Assembly (NCBI GenBank): GCA_016188265.1
Contig: JACPID010000005.1
Location: 1 to 38,125, forward strand
Length of the DNA stretch: 38,125 nt
From: Candidatus Woesearchaeota archaeon
Lineage (GTDB): Archaea > Nanobdellota > Nanobdellia > Woesearchaeales > ARS49
Direction: 5' to 3'
The notes under the pieces were generated by a model. It did no database searches and had not been told where the DNA came from. It saw only the letters and a program-made list of their open reading frames with translations. Positions 26,559 to 37,057 of the stretch are shown piece by piece. The stretch's first letter is position 1. Every line of letters starts with the position of its first letter. The position numbers were made by a program, and so were the translations under genes.

Positions 26559-29169
26559 ATACTGCTCTAACTCTTACATCACTCAAGCTTGTGACTATAA
26601 GTTCAGCTTCTGCACCATCAACATTTGCTACTTGCCCTGTTAATAATGCTCTTGAGGCTGCTCTTGTGTCTTGACCTGAGTATCCTGCAACTAAGAGTGC
26701 AACGTTGCCATTTGGATGCTCAAGAAGTTTGAGCTTTGCTTTTCCAGGTGCAAATCCTTCAGTACAGTCTTCTGGATTGCCTAATAAAGCTGCTGCTGCG
26801 CTGTTTGCACATGGTCCTCCTACAACAACTGCATTCCAGTCTTGGACATTTTTAACTTCACTGTCAAGTTTTGCTACACCAACACCAAGTTCTTGGACTC
26901 TTTGTGATGTTTGTCCGCCAACTGTTGTTCTCTGTGTTGTTCCTCCTGTGAGGAATACTTGAGCTCCTCTTTGTGAGAGTGGGTGTACAACAGTAAGTTC
27001 TTCTGGTACGTCGCTTGTTGCTGGATCAAAGAGTTCTACTAATTGTCCGTATTTTGTCAATGCTTGGAAGATTTCTGGTTCATTTCTCAAGTTTTTAAGA
27101 GAAACGTTCAAGACGTCTCCTCTAGCAAGTCCTATAATATTATTTGCTGCGCTTGCTTCTCTGACAGACAATAGTATTGTTGTGTTTGCACTTCCAGGAG
27201 CAGTGTCGAAATTGTCATTACATACTTGTAATGTCATGTTTAATGCATTATTAGTTAATGCATTTGCTGTTCCTGTAATACCATTACTTGTTGTGTTACT
27301 ACAGAAGTTGACAATTAATCCACCTTCACATAAAAGTGGAACACTATTACTGTCACATAATGTTCCGTCGCCGTCCATGTCAATGCTTATGTTTGTGTCT
27401 AGAGTGGCTTCATCACCATTTACCTGGAAGGTTGTTCCATGACTAACTGCTCTTCCAACGTTTGTTGCTGTGCTTCCTAATACAAACTGGAGTGTTCCAG
27501 CTGCTAGATCTTGCCATTTCATAACTTTATTTGTTGCGTCATATGAAACATACTCGTAGACTGCGCTAAATGCTGAGTCGTCATTACAAGTGCTTCTGAA
27601 ACAATGTTGATCTACTGGTCCAGATCTTACCAGTTCACTTCCATCTAAGTTTGTTAAGATAAAGAAGTCTCTTACTGCTACATTTCTATTAGCAACAGAA
27701 TGTGAACATTCTTGCCAGACAAGTTCTCTGTTTTCATTTGAAACAAAGTCTCCTGCAAATAATCCAGTAGTTGGTGGATCTACAGTTGCTAATGGGAATG
27801 TGTATTCAAGACCTTCTTGGTTTACACAACGCATGTTGTATTCGCCACGACCACTTGATTGAACTTTTAAGGTTGTAGTTCCAGTGTCGCCAAGTCCTTC
27901 ATATCTTAAATCCCAGCTGTTAACTACTAATGCTTCAGGTTCATCCAAGTACTCACTTAGTGAGTGGCCTGCTGGTACATAAACATCACCAACTAAACCA
28001 TCTGCGCTAATATTAACAGCTACTCTTTCAATTTTAGCTCTTGTTAATAAGTTTCTTTGGCTTTGAACAACATCTTGAGCTCCATCTGCTGCAAGTGAAA
28101 TTAATACATCATCGCTTTCTACAACTTCATTGTTAACTTCTAAACCAGCTACGGTAAATGAACTATCGTTCCATTGGTTGTCTAAGAGCCTCATTTTTTT
28201 AGCTCCTAAATAAACACCAACTAAGGAACTTTGCGTGTCTTTTCCTGTTGGAACAATATCTTCTACACCAACTAATGTTCCATCAGATGATGGTTCTAGT
28301 TCACCTACTTTCATCCTTGGAAGTGTTTGTCCATCTACTTTTAATATTACTTCATTGTTTGTTTCTGAGATAACAACTACTTCTACAGTATGTTCTTTTC
28401 CATCAAGCGAAACAGTTTGTTTATCTCCTTCACCTAATGTCAAATATGCTGGTCCTCCTAATAATAATAGTTCAGCTCTTCCAGGATTTGTTGAGTTTCC
28501 TTTTACTAATGTTCCTACAACAGTAAAGTCTGTTCCTAAAACATTTAAGTGCCTGTCATCTAAATCAGTTAATTGTCCATTGGTATCTAAATCTGATGTT
28601 AGTCCTTCTTCAAATTGTAATACCCAAGTTACAACTTCATTGTTATCCCTGAAGAATAAAAAGTCTCCTACATTTTGGTTTTGATCTTCTGAGAAAACAA
28701 CTCTGTTAGAAGAGTATGTAGATAGTTTTGGGAATTGCAAGTATTGATTGTATTTAGTTACTCCTCTTTGTGTTGAAAGTGAGCCACCTTTTAATACATC
28801 TAAGTCAAACTCGCTAAATGTGTCTCTGACTGCTCCAAGAGTCTCGTCAATTTCTAAGAGATCTGTTGGTGTGCCAAATTCAACTGCAGCTCCAGTTAGT
28901 CTTACTTTTGCTTGACCGCCTGGAACAGGTGTTTCAACAACAGCTGCTTGCTGAAGTCCTTGGATTATATCCATAGCTCCTGCTGTGTCTGTACCTTTTG
29001 CATCAGCACCCACTACTACTGCCAGATTAGCTGCTGGAACTCCGCCAACAACAAATGGTTCTGGATAGCTTGAAAGTTTTGCTGCAGAAGCACCAAATAG
29101 TGTTGCTCCAACCATTGAGAGCCCCATTCCTAATGCTACTGCTTTCTTAAGTTTGCTCATTGTTTCCAT
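26557..29169 (-). CDS. S-layer protein
   Basis: Signal peptide KKAVAL...MVGAT; YPEPFV, VVVGA..D; C-terminal VVGGPCAN and LLVAGYSG.DT; strong SD GGAGGTG. Confidence 0.88.
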   Translation of the reverse strand: METMSKLKKAVALGMGLSMVGATLFGASAAKLSSYPEPFVVGGVPAANLAVVVGADAKGTDTAGAMDIIQGLQQAAVVETPVPGGQAKVRLTGAAVEFGTPTDLLEIDETLGAVRDTFSEFDLDVLKGGSLSTQRGVTKYNQYLQFPKLSTYSSNRVVFSEDQNQNVGDFLFFRDNNEVVTWVLQFEEGLTSDLDTNGQLTDLDDRHLNVLGTDFTVVGTLVKGNSTNPGRAELLLLGGPAYLTLGEGDKQTVSLDGKEHTVEVVVISETNNEVILKVDGQTLPRMKVGELEPSSDGTLVGVEDIVPTGKDTQSSLVGVYLGAKKMRLLDNQWNDSSFTVAGLEVNNEVVESDDVLISLAADGAQDVVQSQRNLLTRAKIERVAVNISADGLVGDVYVPAGHSLSEYLDEPEALVVNSWDLRYEGLGDTGTTTLKVQSSGRGEYNMRCVNQEGLEYTFPLATVDPPTTGLFAGDFVSNENRELVWQECSHSVANRNVAVRDFFILTNLDGSELVRSGPVDQHCFRSTCNDDSAFSAVYEYVSYDATNKVMKWQDLAAGTLQFVLGSTATNVGRAVSHGTTFQVNGDEATLDTNISIDMDGDGTLCDSNSVPLLCEGGLIVNFCSNTTSNGITGTANALTNNALNMTLQVCNDNFDTAPGSANTTILLSVREASAANNIIGLARGDVLNVSLKNLRNEPEIFQALTKYGQLVELFDPATSDVPEELTVVHPLSQRGAQVFLTGGTTQRTTVGGQTSQRVQELGVGVAKLDSEVKNVQDWNAVVVGGPCANSAAAALLGNPEDCTEGFAPGKAKLKLLEHPNGNVALLVAGYSGQDTRAASRALLTGQVANVDGAEAELIVTSLSDVRVRAV

Positions 29170-29637
29170 TATAGAAACACCTCCGTGTTTTTTTGGCTAC
29201 CTTGATTTTTTTTTATTTGACTATTTTTTTTTGGGCTATTGAACTTTATTGAGTAATGAGAATTCACAAAAAATTGAGTTGTATTTAAACGTTTATTTGT
29301 AGAAAAATATATTTTGCTAAAGTTATTTTTCACTTTTGTTTTCACGTGAGCATCACCGGTTTTTTGTACTAATAACATAGATGTGTGTTTCATGTACATC
29401 ATAATAAGTATGATTAATCATTTATAAACTTTTCCATTCAGAGTCTACACAATTCCACACCAATGTGTTTCACAACCTTCAAATTAAAAATTTTAATATT
29501 TCAACAAGAGACCACTGCAAAATGATAACAATATATTCTTGATTTCTAGTATGGATCTATAATCTATGAAAATTATCCTTCTCTCTGCAAGTAAATTTAT
29601 ATTTACTTTTCACGTGGCAAAATTAAGTATTAAGAAA

Positions 29638-29721
29638 TGCGGCTGGCAGGATTCGAACCTGCGTAGGCACTAAGCCAACAGGGCCTAAACCTGTTCCGTT
29701 TGGCCACTCCGGCACAGCCGC
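29638..29721 (-). tRNA. tRNA-Leu(UAG), no intron, CCA not encoded
   Basis: GCGGCTG acceptor stem, ACAGG-TT-TAG-GC-CCTGT anticodon arm, long variable arm, GGTTCGAATCC T arm, discriminator A. Confidence 0.96.
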
Positions 29722-29772
29722 GTTTTTTTTTAGGAATTAATTAAAAATATATATTACTTTCTTATTTTATAC

Positions 29773-31263
29773 ATGATGCAATTACAATATTATATAGTTA
29801 TTTTTTTACTTGCCATTTTTTCAGTCCAGTCATTAACTGCTATAAATACTTGGTCCATGACTTATGATGAACCAACATTTCTTCCTGAAGGGCTTGCAAT
29901 TTGGAATACTGGAGAGCATCGCCTTGTAGTTGATCATCCTCCTTTTATAAAACTCTGGTCGTCACTGCCAGTATTGTTTACTAATTATAGCCTGCCTCTT
30001 GGCCACAAAAGTTGGGTTAATGCAGAGAGGTGGGAGTTTGGAAGGGCTTTTTTATTTTCTAATAATGCGGATTTTATTATTAAAGCTGGCAGGCTAACTA
30101 TATTATTATTAGGAATGCTTTTAGGAATTATTGTTTTTTTATTTTCAAAAAATTTATTTGGAAAAAAAGCAGGGTTGTTTGCTCTTTTTATTTATTCTTT
30201 TAGCCCAAATATTATTGCACATAGTTCTTTGATTACAAATGATCTTGCATCGACTTTTTTTATTGTGCTAAGTTTGTTTTTGTTTTTGAAAGAAAGGGAA
30301 AAAATTTTTCCTTGGAAAACTGCAATAAGCACTGGTTTAGCAATAAGTTCTAAATTTACAGGCTTGTATCTTTTGCCATTTTATTTTCTTATTTATGCTG
30401 CAGATTATTTTAGAAAGCAAAAATCAATAGCAAAAATAATAAAAGCATTGATAACAATTTTTGTTTTTTCTTTTATAACTTTAATTATTATTTATGGATT
30501 TAACTTGTTTGCATTATATGACGGTATTAATAATGTAGTTTTTCATTCAAAACAAGGGCACTTTAATTTTTTAGCAGGTGAACATTCAACTAAAGGCTGG
30601 TGGTATTATTTTCCTTTTGCATTCTTAGTAAAAACTCCGTTGCCTACTATTATTCTTTTTGTAGTATCAATTTTTTTTTGGTTTAACAATAAAAATAAAG
30701 ATTGGAAAACAGCTTATCTTCTAATTTTTGTAGTGTACTATTTTTTCATGTTTTCATTTAACAATATTAACATTGGAGTAAGGCATGTTCTTCCTGTATT
30801 TCCAATAGTGTTTATTATTTTAAGCCAATTGATTAATAATAAAAATTTAGCTTTGAAATTATTCATAATCATTCTTTTAATATGGTATGTGTATGGAACA
30901 ATTTCAATTTCCCCGCATTATTTGTCTTTTTTTAATGAAATCCTAGGAGGGCCTTCTCAAGGTTATAATTATTTAATTGATTCAAACATAGATTGGGGTC
31001 AAGACTTAAAAATTTTAAAACAGTGGCAGGTAAATAATAACAATAAAGAAATTTTTTTAGCATATTTTGGAATGGATAGCCCGATCTACAGAAATGTTTC
31101 TTTTAATCTATTGCCTTGCAATAAATATGTTAATGGAACAATTGTAGTTAGTGTTACGCATTATCAAGGATTAAGTAAAGAGCTTGCACAATGTACTGCT
31201 TGGTTGAAAAATAAAGAAATTAAAGAAAGAATCGGATATTCTTTATTAGTCATCACTACTTAA
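29773..31263 (+). CDS. GT-C glycosyltransferase (family 39/PMT_2/ArnT-like)
   Basis: [35 protein letters not shown]; many TM helices. Confidence 0.85.
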   Translation: MMQLQYYIVIFLLAIFSVQSLTAINTWSMTYDEPTFLPEGLAIWNTGEHRLVVDHPPFIKLWSSLPVLFTNYSLPLGHKSWVNAERWEFGRAFLFSNNADFIIKAGRLTILLLGMLLGIIVFLFSKNLFGKKAGLFALFIYSFSPNIIAHSSLITNDLASTFFIVLSLFLFLKEREKIFPWKTAISTGLAISSKFTGLYLLPFYFLIYAADYFRKQKSIAKIIKALITIFVFSFITLIIIYGFNLFALYDGINNVVFHSKQGHFNFLAGEHSTKGWWYYFPFAFLVKTPLPTIILFVVSIFFWFNNKNKDWKTAYLLIFVVYYFFMFSFNNINIGVRHVLPVFPIVFIILSQLINNKNLALKLFIIILLIWYVYGTISISPHYLSFFNEILGGPSQGYNYLIDSNIDWGQDLKILKQWQVNNNNKEIFLAYFGMDSPIYRNVSFNLLPCNKYVNGTIVVSVTHYQGLSKELAQCTAWLKNKEIKERIGYSLLVITT

Positions 31264-31420
31264 CTTGCCAAGAATATTTTCTTAATTTTGCACTTTTTCC
31301 ATAATTGCAAGAACTGCAGATTTTATCGCTTACATGATAACTGTGTTTTCCGCATCTTCTGCAATAAATATGAGCTTTTCCGCGTGAGCGTTTTCCTTTA
31401 GAAGGTGTTCCTTTTGTCAT
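31256..31420 (-). CDS. rpl37e: 50S ribosomal protein L37e (not in ORF track)
   Basis: [62 protein letters not shown]; downstream of LSm as usual in archaea. Confidence 0.95.
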   Translation of the reverse strand: MTKGTPSKGKRSRGKAHIYCRRCGKHSYHVSDKICSSCNYGKSAKLRKYSWQVK

Positions 31421-31429
31421 GATTCACCT

Positions 31430-31654
31430 TTAAGCAAGTGATATAAGGATTATTGTGTCTCCGCGAATAAAAGATGTTCCTAATTTTCTAGTCATTTCAC
31501 CTTTCTCTCTTTCTTCTGCATCATCTAGAACTAGGTTTATATGAATATCAAATGATTTTAAGAGCCCAATATATTGTTTTCCATTTTTTAATTCAACAAT
31601 TACTTTTTTATCTCTTGCTTTATTTAATGCATCTAGTGGTCTTGATTCAGTCAT
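31430..31654 (-). CDS. Sm-like archaeal protein (LSm/SmAP1)
   Basis: RPLDAL, FDIHINLVLDDAEE, IRGD; ATG 31654 with SD GGAGGT. Confidence 0.92.
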   Translation of the reverse strand: MTESRPLDALNKARDKKVIVELKNGKQYIGLLKSFDIHINLVLDDAEEREKGEMTRKLGTSFIRGDTIILISLA

Positions 31655-31709
31655 AATATACCTCCAAAACACAAAAATAGTCGAAGAGTATTTAAAGATT
31701 TTTATTTAT

Positions 31710-32426
31710 TTGGCAAATATGGTAAAAATTCTTTTAGGATGCGTAACATACGATGGGCATAATTATTGTTTAAGTGAGTTTTTACAGCATCTTCAAAATA
31801 TTAAAATCATTCATGATGTTTTGTTTGTAGATACTTCAAAAACAGTAGATTATGCTAATTTTTTGAGAGAAAAAGGATATTCAGTTACTCACTTAGATCA
31901 AAAAAAAGATTCTTATGAAAATATTGTCGAAGGAATGAATGCTTTGAGAAAAGAATGCTTAGTTAAAAATTATGATTATTTATTTTCTGTTGAATCAGAT
32001 GTTTTAATTCAGCCAAACTCGCTTGCATTATTATTATCTCGAAATCTTCGATTAGTTGGCGGGGTTTACTTAACAAAATACTTGTGCCATTACCCAACAC
32101 CAAAAGGAATTATTAAAAAATGGGAGGTAAGGCCAGTTGCAGATAAGTACATCAAAGTAGGAGAACAGCTTACAACACAGCCTTTGCAATTAAAAGAAGT
32201 TCTTCCAGATCAGTTATTAAAAGTTGCATCAATTGGCATGGGTTGCACGCTCATTCACTCAAGTGTTCTTAAGCATATTGCATTTCGTTTTGCTCCTGAA
32301 GAAGGAACTCATGATTCATTATTTTGTTTGGAAGCATCAAAAAAAAACATTCCTGCTATTCTAGATACTTCTGTTAAGTGCACGCATGTTAAGCCTGATA
32401 AAACATTTAAGTTCAGTGGAGTATAA
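31710..32426 (+). CDS. GT-A fold glycosyltransferase (family 2-like)
   Basis: YDYLFSVESDV (DxD-like), GMGCTLI, H near the C-terminus; ATG 31719 alternative. Confidence 0.75.
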   Translation: MANMVKILLGCVTYDGHNYCLSEFLQHLQNIKIIHDVLFVDTSKTVDYANFLREKGYSVTHLDQKKDSYENIVEGMNALRKECLVKNYDYLFSVESDVLIQPNSLALLLSRNLRLVGGVYLTKYLCHYPTPKGIIKKWEVRPVADKYIKVGEQLTTQPLQLKEVLPDQLLKVASIGMGCTLIHSSVLKHIAFRFAPEEGTHDSLFCLEASKKNIPAILDTSVKCTHVKPDKTFKFSGV

Positions 32427-32431
32427 CTTTG

Positions 32432-33220
32432 TTAAAATACTTTGTCAATAATTTCTTTTTTCCAACCGCGTGCATATAATGCTGCTTTTATTTGAGCATC
32501 ACTGAAACCTTTTTCACGCATTTCTTTAATATAATCTCTTAGTTTATCTTCTTGAGTTACAAGTGGTTCTTTTGGAAGTGCAGGTTTTTCTGGTCGAACA
32601 GCAAAAGGGGGTTTCCCTAATTGAATTTCAGGTGGGAGTTCTACTGAAATTTTTTCAGAAATAATTTTTTCTTTTTTAGGCAGAGGTTTTAAAGGTATTT
32701 TTGGAATAATTATTTCTTCCATTTTAACTTGATGTTTTTTTAAAAACAAGAAAACACCTGCTGCAAGTGCAAGAATAAAAAACATGATCAAAATATAAGG
32801 CCATATTTCTGGTTTTTTTTCCTGCACTAATTTTTTTGGAAGTTCACGTTTAGGTGGCAAGGGTATTTGTTCTGGTTTTTCTTCAACAATTATTTTTTTT
32901 TCAATAACAACTTCTTTAGGAGGCAATGAAATGCTTGCATCTAATTGTATTGTTTGAACTCCTTCTGAAATTAGCGCTCTTTTGACAATTTTATTTTTAA
33001 GATAAAACTCAACTTCACTGCCAGAACTGCCTTCAACAATTAAATTAGAAAAAGCGCTGTTTTTTATTTCAGCCATAAAATTATTGCCATCAGCTCTTGC
33101 AACAACAATATCTTCACCAAAAACACCAGTTACTGTTCCTGAATAAATAGCTTGTATTGCGTAAACTGCATTTAAGACAAGAACAAATATTATTAATAAT
33201 AAAAGCATCCTCTTTTGCAT
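32432..33220 (-). CDS. Membrane protein with cytoplasmic C-terminal helical domain
   Basis: Signal peptide, Pro/Lys/Glu-rich linker, TM helix, C-terminal LRDYIKEMREKGFSDAQIKAALYARGW. Confidence 0.7.
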   Translation of the reverse strand: MQKRMLLLLIIFVLVLNAVYAIQAIYSGTVTGVFGEDIVVARADGNNFMAEIKNSAFSNLIVEGSSGSEVEFYLKNKIVKRALISEGVQTIQLDASISLPPKEVVIEKKIIVEEKPEQIPLPPKRELPKKLVQEKKPEIWPYILIMFFILALAAGVFLFLKKHQVKMEEIIIPKIPLKPLPKKEKIISEKISVELPPEIQLGKPPFAVRPEKPALPKEPLVTQEDKLRDYIKEMREKGFSDAQIKAALYARGWKKEIIDKVF

Positions 33221-33296
33221 ACAATTATTAAGATGATGGTTTTTATAAATGTTTCTGGCAGATAAATATATAAATCACTAAAAATGTCAAGTCATC

Positions 33297-34586
33297 ATGC
33301 TTGACATTAATTATATTTGTGAAAATCCTGAATTAGTAAAAGAAAATTTGAAAAATAAATTTCAAGAAGATAAGTTAAAGTTAGTTGATGAAGTTGTAAA
33401 AGCTGAAAAAGAGCTTAAGAAAGAAAGGCAAAAAAATCAAGAATTGCGCCACAGAAGAAATGTATTAAGCAATGAAATTAATGCTGCTAAAAAAAAAAAT
33501 CAAAAAATAGAAGCGTTGCTTAAAGAAGCAAAAGAACTTCCAAAAGCTTTGCAAGAAAGCGACAAAATAATTAGTGAATTAGAAAGTACAATTAAACAAG
33601 GTCTTCTAAGAATACCTAACATAATTCATTCATCAGTGCCTTTAGGAAAAGATGATGCTCAAAATGTGGAGATTAAGCATTGGGGCAAACCAAAAAAGTT
33701 TTCTTTTGAGCTTAAAAATCACAGTCAATTAGCAGAGGATCTTGGAGTTGCAGATTTTGAACGTTCAACAAAAATTTCAGGATCTGGATTTTATTTTTTA
33801 AAAGGAAAACTTGGCTTGCTTAATCAAGCATTAATTCGTTTTGCAATAGATCATCTTGTTAAAAAAGGTTATACTTATGTTGAACCGCCTTTGGTGGTAA
33901 AAAGAAAAGCGTATGAAGGTGTGGTTTCTCTTGAAGATTTTGAAAATGTCATGTATAAAGTTGATGGTGAAGATGATAAAGATGAGGAAAGCTTATACTT
34001 GATTGCAACCAGTGAACATTCTTTAGTTCCACAATACATGAATGAAGTTATTAGTGAAGATAAACTGCCTATTAAATTAGTTGGGTATAGTATGTGTTTT
34101 CGTAAAGAAGTAGGCTCTCATGGAGTGGATACTCGGGGTTTATTTAGAACTCATCAGTTTAACAAAGTAGAACAAATTATTTTTTGCAAACCAGAAGAAT
34201 CTTATCATTTGTATAATGAATTGCTTAAAAATTCAGAAGAAATATTCAAAGCATTAAAACTTCCTTACAGAGTTGTTGAAATTTGTTCTGGAGATCTTAG
34301 TCTTGTTAAGGCAAAAAGTGCTGATATTGAAGTTTGGATGCCGCGCCAGAATGCATACAAAGAAGTTTGTTCACTTACGAACTGCACAGATTACCAAGCA
34401 AGAAGATTAAATATACGCTGTGAAAATAATAAAGGAGATCGAAGAATTCTTCACACGCTTAACAACACAGCTATTGCTACTTCACGTGCAATAGTTGCAA
34501 TTCTTGAAAATTATCAGAAAAAAGACGGAAGTATTGATATTCCTAAAGTTCTTTGGAAATACTGCGGATTTAAGAAGATACCTTGA
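33297..34586 (+). CDS. serS: Serine--tRNA ligase
   Basis: MLDI N-terminal coiled coil, TSE, CFRKEVG..RGLFRTHQFNKVEQ, NCTDYQARRL, HTLNNT. Confidence 0.97.
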   Translation: MLDINYICENPELVKENLKNKFQEDKLKLVDEVVKAEKELKKERQKNQELRHRRNVLSNEINAAKKKNQKIEALLKEAKELPKALQESDKIISELESTIKQGLLRIPNIIHSSVPLGKDDAQNVEIKHWGKPKKFSFELKNHSQLAEDLGVADFERSTKISGSGFYFLKGKLGLLNQALIRFAIDHLVKKGYTYVEPPLVVKRKAYEGVVSLEDFENVMYKVDGEDDKDEESLYLIATSEHSLVPQYMNEVISEDKLPIKLVGYSMCFRKEVGSHGVDTRGLFRTHQFNKVEQIIFCKPEESYHLYNELLKNSEEIFKALKLPYRVVEICSGDLSLVKAKSADIEVWMPRQNAYKEVCSLTNCTDYQARRLNIRCENNKGDRRILHTLNNTAIATSRAIVAILENYQKKDGSIDIPKVLWKYCGFKKIP

Positions 34587-34855
34587 CAAATCAAAAAAAA
34601 AGATACAGAATAATTTATGATCGTGAAGGTTGTATAGGTGCAGGAGCTTGTGAAGTTGCTGCTCCGAAGTTTTGGAAAATTGAAGATAATGGCATTGCAA
34701 CAATAATCGCGCCTAATGCAATTAAAACTGAAACAGAAGAAGAGCTTGAAATTACAGAAGAAGAATTGCAGGAAAATTTAGATGCTGCACAAGCGTGTCC
34801 TGTGCAGGTGATTAAGATAATTGATAAAAAAACAGGAAAACAATTGTATCCATGA
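34583..34855 (+). CDS. Single-cluster ferredoxin (probably [3Fe-4S])
   Basis: CIGAGAC...ACPV with Ala at the second Cys position. Confidence 0.85.
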   Translation: MTNQKKRYRIIYDREGCIGAGACEVAAPKFWKIEDNGIATIIAPNAIKTETEEELEITEEELQENLDAAQACPVQVIKIIDKKTGKQLYP

Positions 34856-35046
34856 AGAACTGTCCAAACTGCGGTTCTCACAATGTAAAAGAAGTAGCTT
34901 ATAGAGATGTATCATGTATAGTTTGCATTAAATGTGGTTATGATGAACGCAATGAGTATGAATTAACAGAAAATCAAAAACAATCTACAAAAGCCAAAGC
35001 AAGATACTCACCATATAAAACTGGAGGTCCTAAAGGAAAAAGATGA
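34852..35046 (+). CDS. Small zinc-ribbon protein
   Basis: CPNC...CIKC; basic C-terminus YSPYKTGG. Confidence 0.7.
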   Translation: MKNCPNCGSHNVKEVAYRDVSCIVCIKCGYDERNEYELTENQKQSTKAKARYSPYKTGGPKGKR

Positions 35047-36650
35047 TAGTTAAATGGAATGATTGGAATCTTGAATCATTTGAAAAATCAAAAAAAGAAA
35101 GTAAACCTATTTTGCTGGCGATAAGTGCAGTGTGGTGTCATTGGTGTCATACAATGGATAGAAATACGTATAATAATAAAGAAATTGGAAAATTCATCAA
35201 TGCAAATTTTATTCCAATTCGTGTTGATACTGATAAAAGACCTGACATCAATGATAGGTATAATCTTGGAGGATGGCCAACTACTGCTGTTCTCAATAAC
35301 GAAGGAGAGCTTCTTACAGGCGCAACATATATTCCTCCAGAACACATGGCTCAATTTTTAGAACAAGGATTAAAATTTTTTAAAGAAAATAAAAAAATTT
35401 CTCATGCAGTGCAAGAATTAGAACCTGGCTTGATTAGCAGCATTAAAAATTATATGATATCAGTTATTAAAGAGTATTATGACTCAATTAATGGTGGTTT
35501 TGGCGATGAACCTAAATTTCCTCATTTTGAACTGCTTTTCTTTATTTTGTATGTATTAAAACAAGAGCAAAATGAAGAGCTGAAAAAAATTTTAATTCAT
35601 GCTCTTGATGCAATGCTGAAAAGTGAACTTCATGATCAGGTTGAAGGAGGTTTTTACAGGTATGCCACATTACAAAACTGGACAATACCTCATTTTGAAA
35701 AAATGCTTGAAGATAATGCCCAGTTTTTATCAGTTTATTGTGAAGCATATTTAATAACTAAAAAAGAAGAATATAAAAAAACAGCTGAAGATATTCTTAC
35801 ATTTTTATTTTCATTGTTGTACGATGAAAAAACAGGATTATTCAAAGGCAGTCAAGATGCAGATGAAGAATATTGTAACTTGTCAATTGCAGAAAGAAAA
35901 AAAAGAAAAAAACCTTTTATTGATCCAGCTCATTATACTGGCTGGAATGCAATCACAATTCAGTCTCTTTTAACTGCATCTGTAGTTTTTGAAAAAAAAA
36001 GTTATGTTCAAATAGCTGAAAAAGCTATGAAGAATTTATTAAAAACAGCATTGTCAGAAAAAGGCATTCTTCGCCTTTCTGATGGGATTGTTTATTTAAG
36101 CGATCAAACAAATATTCTTTCAGCGCTTTTAATGCTTTACCAATATACTTTTGATAAAATGTATTTAGAACATGCAAAAAAAATTGCAAAATTATTTGAA
36201 AATTTATATGATGCAGAAAAAGGAGGATGGTTTGACATTCTAGATTCAAATCTAGGCGAGTTAAGAGTTAAAAAAAAGTTATTTCAGGAAAATGCCCTGC
36301 TTGCACTGGCATTGCTGCAATATGATGCTTTAACAGAAGAGGATCATAAAGAACAAATTGAAAAAGCATTGTCTTTTTTTGCAAATTATGTGCGTGTTAG
36401 CGGGCCATTTGCTGCGCATTATGCAAGAGCAGTGGAAGTTTATCAAAATGGCCTTTATCATTTTACAATAGAAGGAAGAAAAAAAGAAATCAAACAGATT
36501 CATGAAATTTTATTAAAAAAAATAGGGCCAAGAGCTGTGATAAGCTTCTGTTCTAAAAATAAAACACTCATAGTATTAGTGTGCAAAGGAACTGTTTGTT
36601 TAAAAGGAATAACAAAAAAAGAAGAATTGATTGCCTTTTTTAAGCAGTGA
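35043..36650 (+). CDS. YyaL/SPATA20-like thioredoxin-domain (DUF255) protein with six-hairpin glycosidase-like domain
   Basis: WCHWCHTM, RPDI, GGWP, GGFG..PKFP, GGFYRY, PHFEKML, SQDAD. Confidence 0.9.
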   Translation: MIVKWNDWNLESFEKSKKESKPILLAISAVWCHWCHTMDRNTYNNKEIGKFINANFIPIRVDTDKRPDINDRYNLGGWPTTAVLNNEGELLTGATYIPPEHMAQFLEQGLKFFKENKKISHAVQELEPGLISSIKNYMISVIKEYYDSINGGFGDEPKFPHFELLFFILYVLKQEQNEELKKILIHALDAMLKSELHDQVEGGFYRYATLQNWTIPHFEKMLEDNAQFLSVYCEAYLITKKEEYKKTAEDILTFLFSLLYDEKTGLFKGSQDADEEYCNLSIAERKKRKKPFIDPAHYTGWNAITIQSLLTASVVFEKKSYVQIAEKAMKNLLKTALSEKGILRLSDGIVYLSDQTNILSALLMLYQYTFDKMYLEHAKKIAKLFENLYDAEKGGWFDILDSNLGELRVKKKLFQENALLALALLQYDALTEEDHKEQIEKALSFFANYVRVSGPFAAHYARAVEVYQNGLYHFTIEGRKKEIKQIHEILLKKIGPRAVISFCSKNKTLIVLVCKGTVCLKGITKKEELIAFFKQ

Positions 36651-36695
36651 TTAAAAACAAAGATTTTTAAGATCTGAATTAAAACATATCATGAT

Positions 36696-37055
36696 ATGGA
36701 TAATTCAGATGATGTTAACTTATTTTCAATCAAAGAAATATGTGATCTTTTCATCAATATAGAACATACAGCGCAAGAATATCTTAACAAACAAACAGCG
36801 GATAATATTGAAAAAAGAATTTCTCAAATAGCAAAAGATAAACGCATAGAGCCTGCTAATTGGTTTCCTTTGCCTGAAAATTATACGCTTAAAAAAACAT
36901 GCACTACAAAAAAATTAATAGCTAAACAATATAAAGATGGTGTTGAGTTAATGTATACTAGAAGGTTTAATATTCCTTTACAAATTCTTGAAGTTACTTT
37001 TGAAGTTATTGATTATTCAAAAAAGTTAGTTTACCATTATAAATTGCATTTTTGA
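36696..37055 (+). CDS. Hypothetical protein
   Basis: 119 aa ORF with no recognisable motif. Confidence 0.5.
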   Translation: MDNSDDVNLFSIKEICDLFINIEHTAQEYLNKQTADNIEKRISQIAKDKRIEPANWFPLPENYTLKKTCTTKKLIAKQYKDGVELMYTRRFNIPLQILEVTFEVIDYSKKLVYHYKLHF

Positions 37056-37057
37056 CA

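Noticed and set aside
26705..28684. Plus-strand ORFs inside the S-layer gene (and similar antisense ORFs in ktrB, lhr, nrdJ, yyaL, dys)
   Set aside because: Shadow ORFs antisense to or nested in well-supported genes
29169..29402. 77-aa ORF upstream of the S-layer gene
   Set aside because: Low-complexity, runs through TATA and SD elements of the S-layer promoter; likely spurious
29338..29616. TTTTCACGTG occurring twice near the tRNA and S-layer promoter; tRNA as integration site
   Set aside because: Too short to support; no integrase and no duplicated tRNA 3' end found in the window
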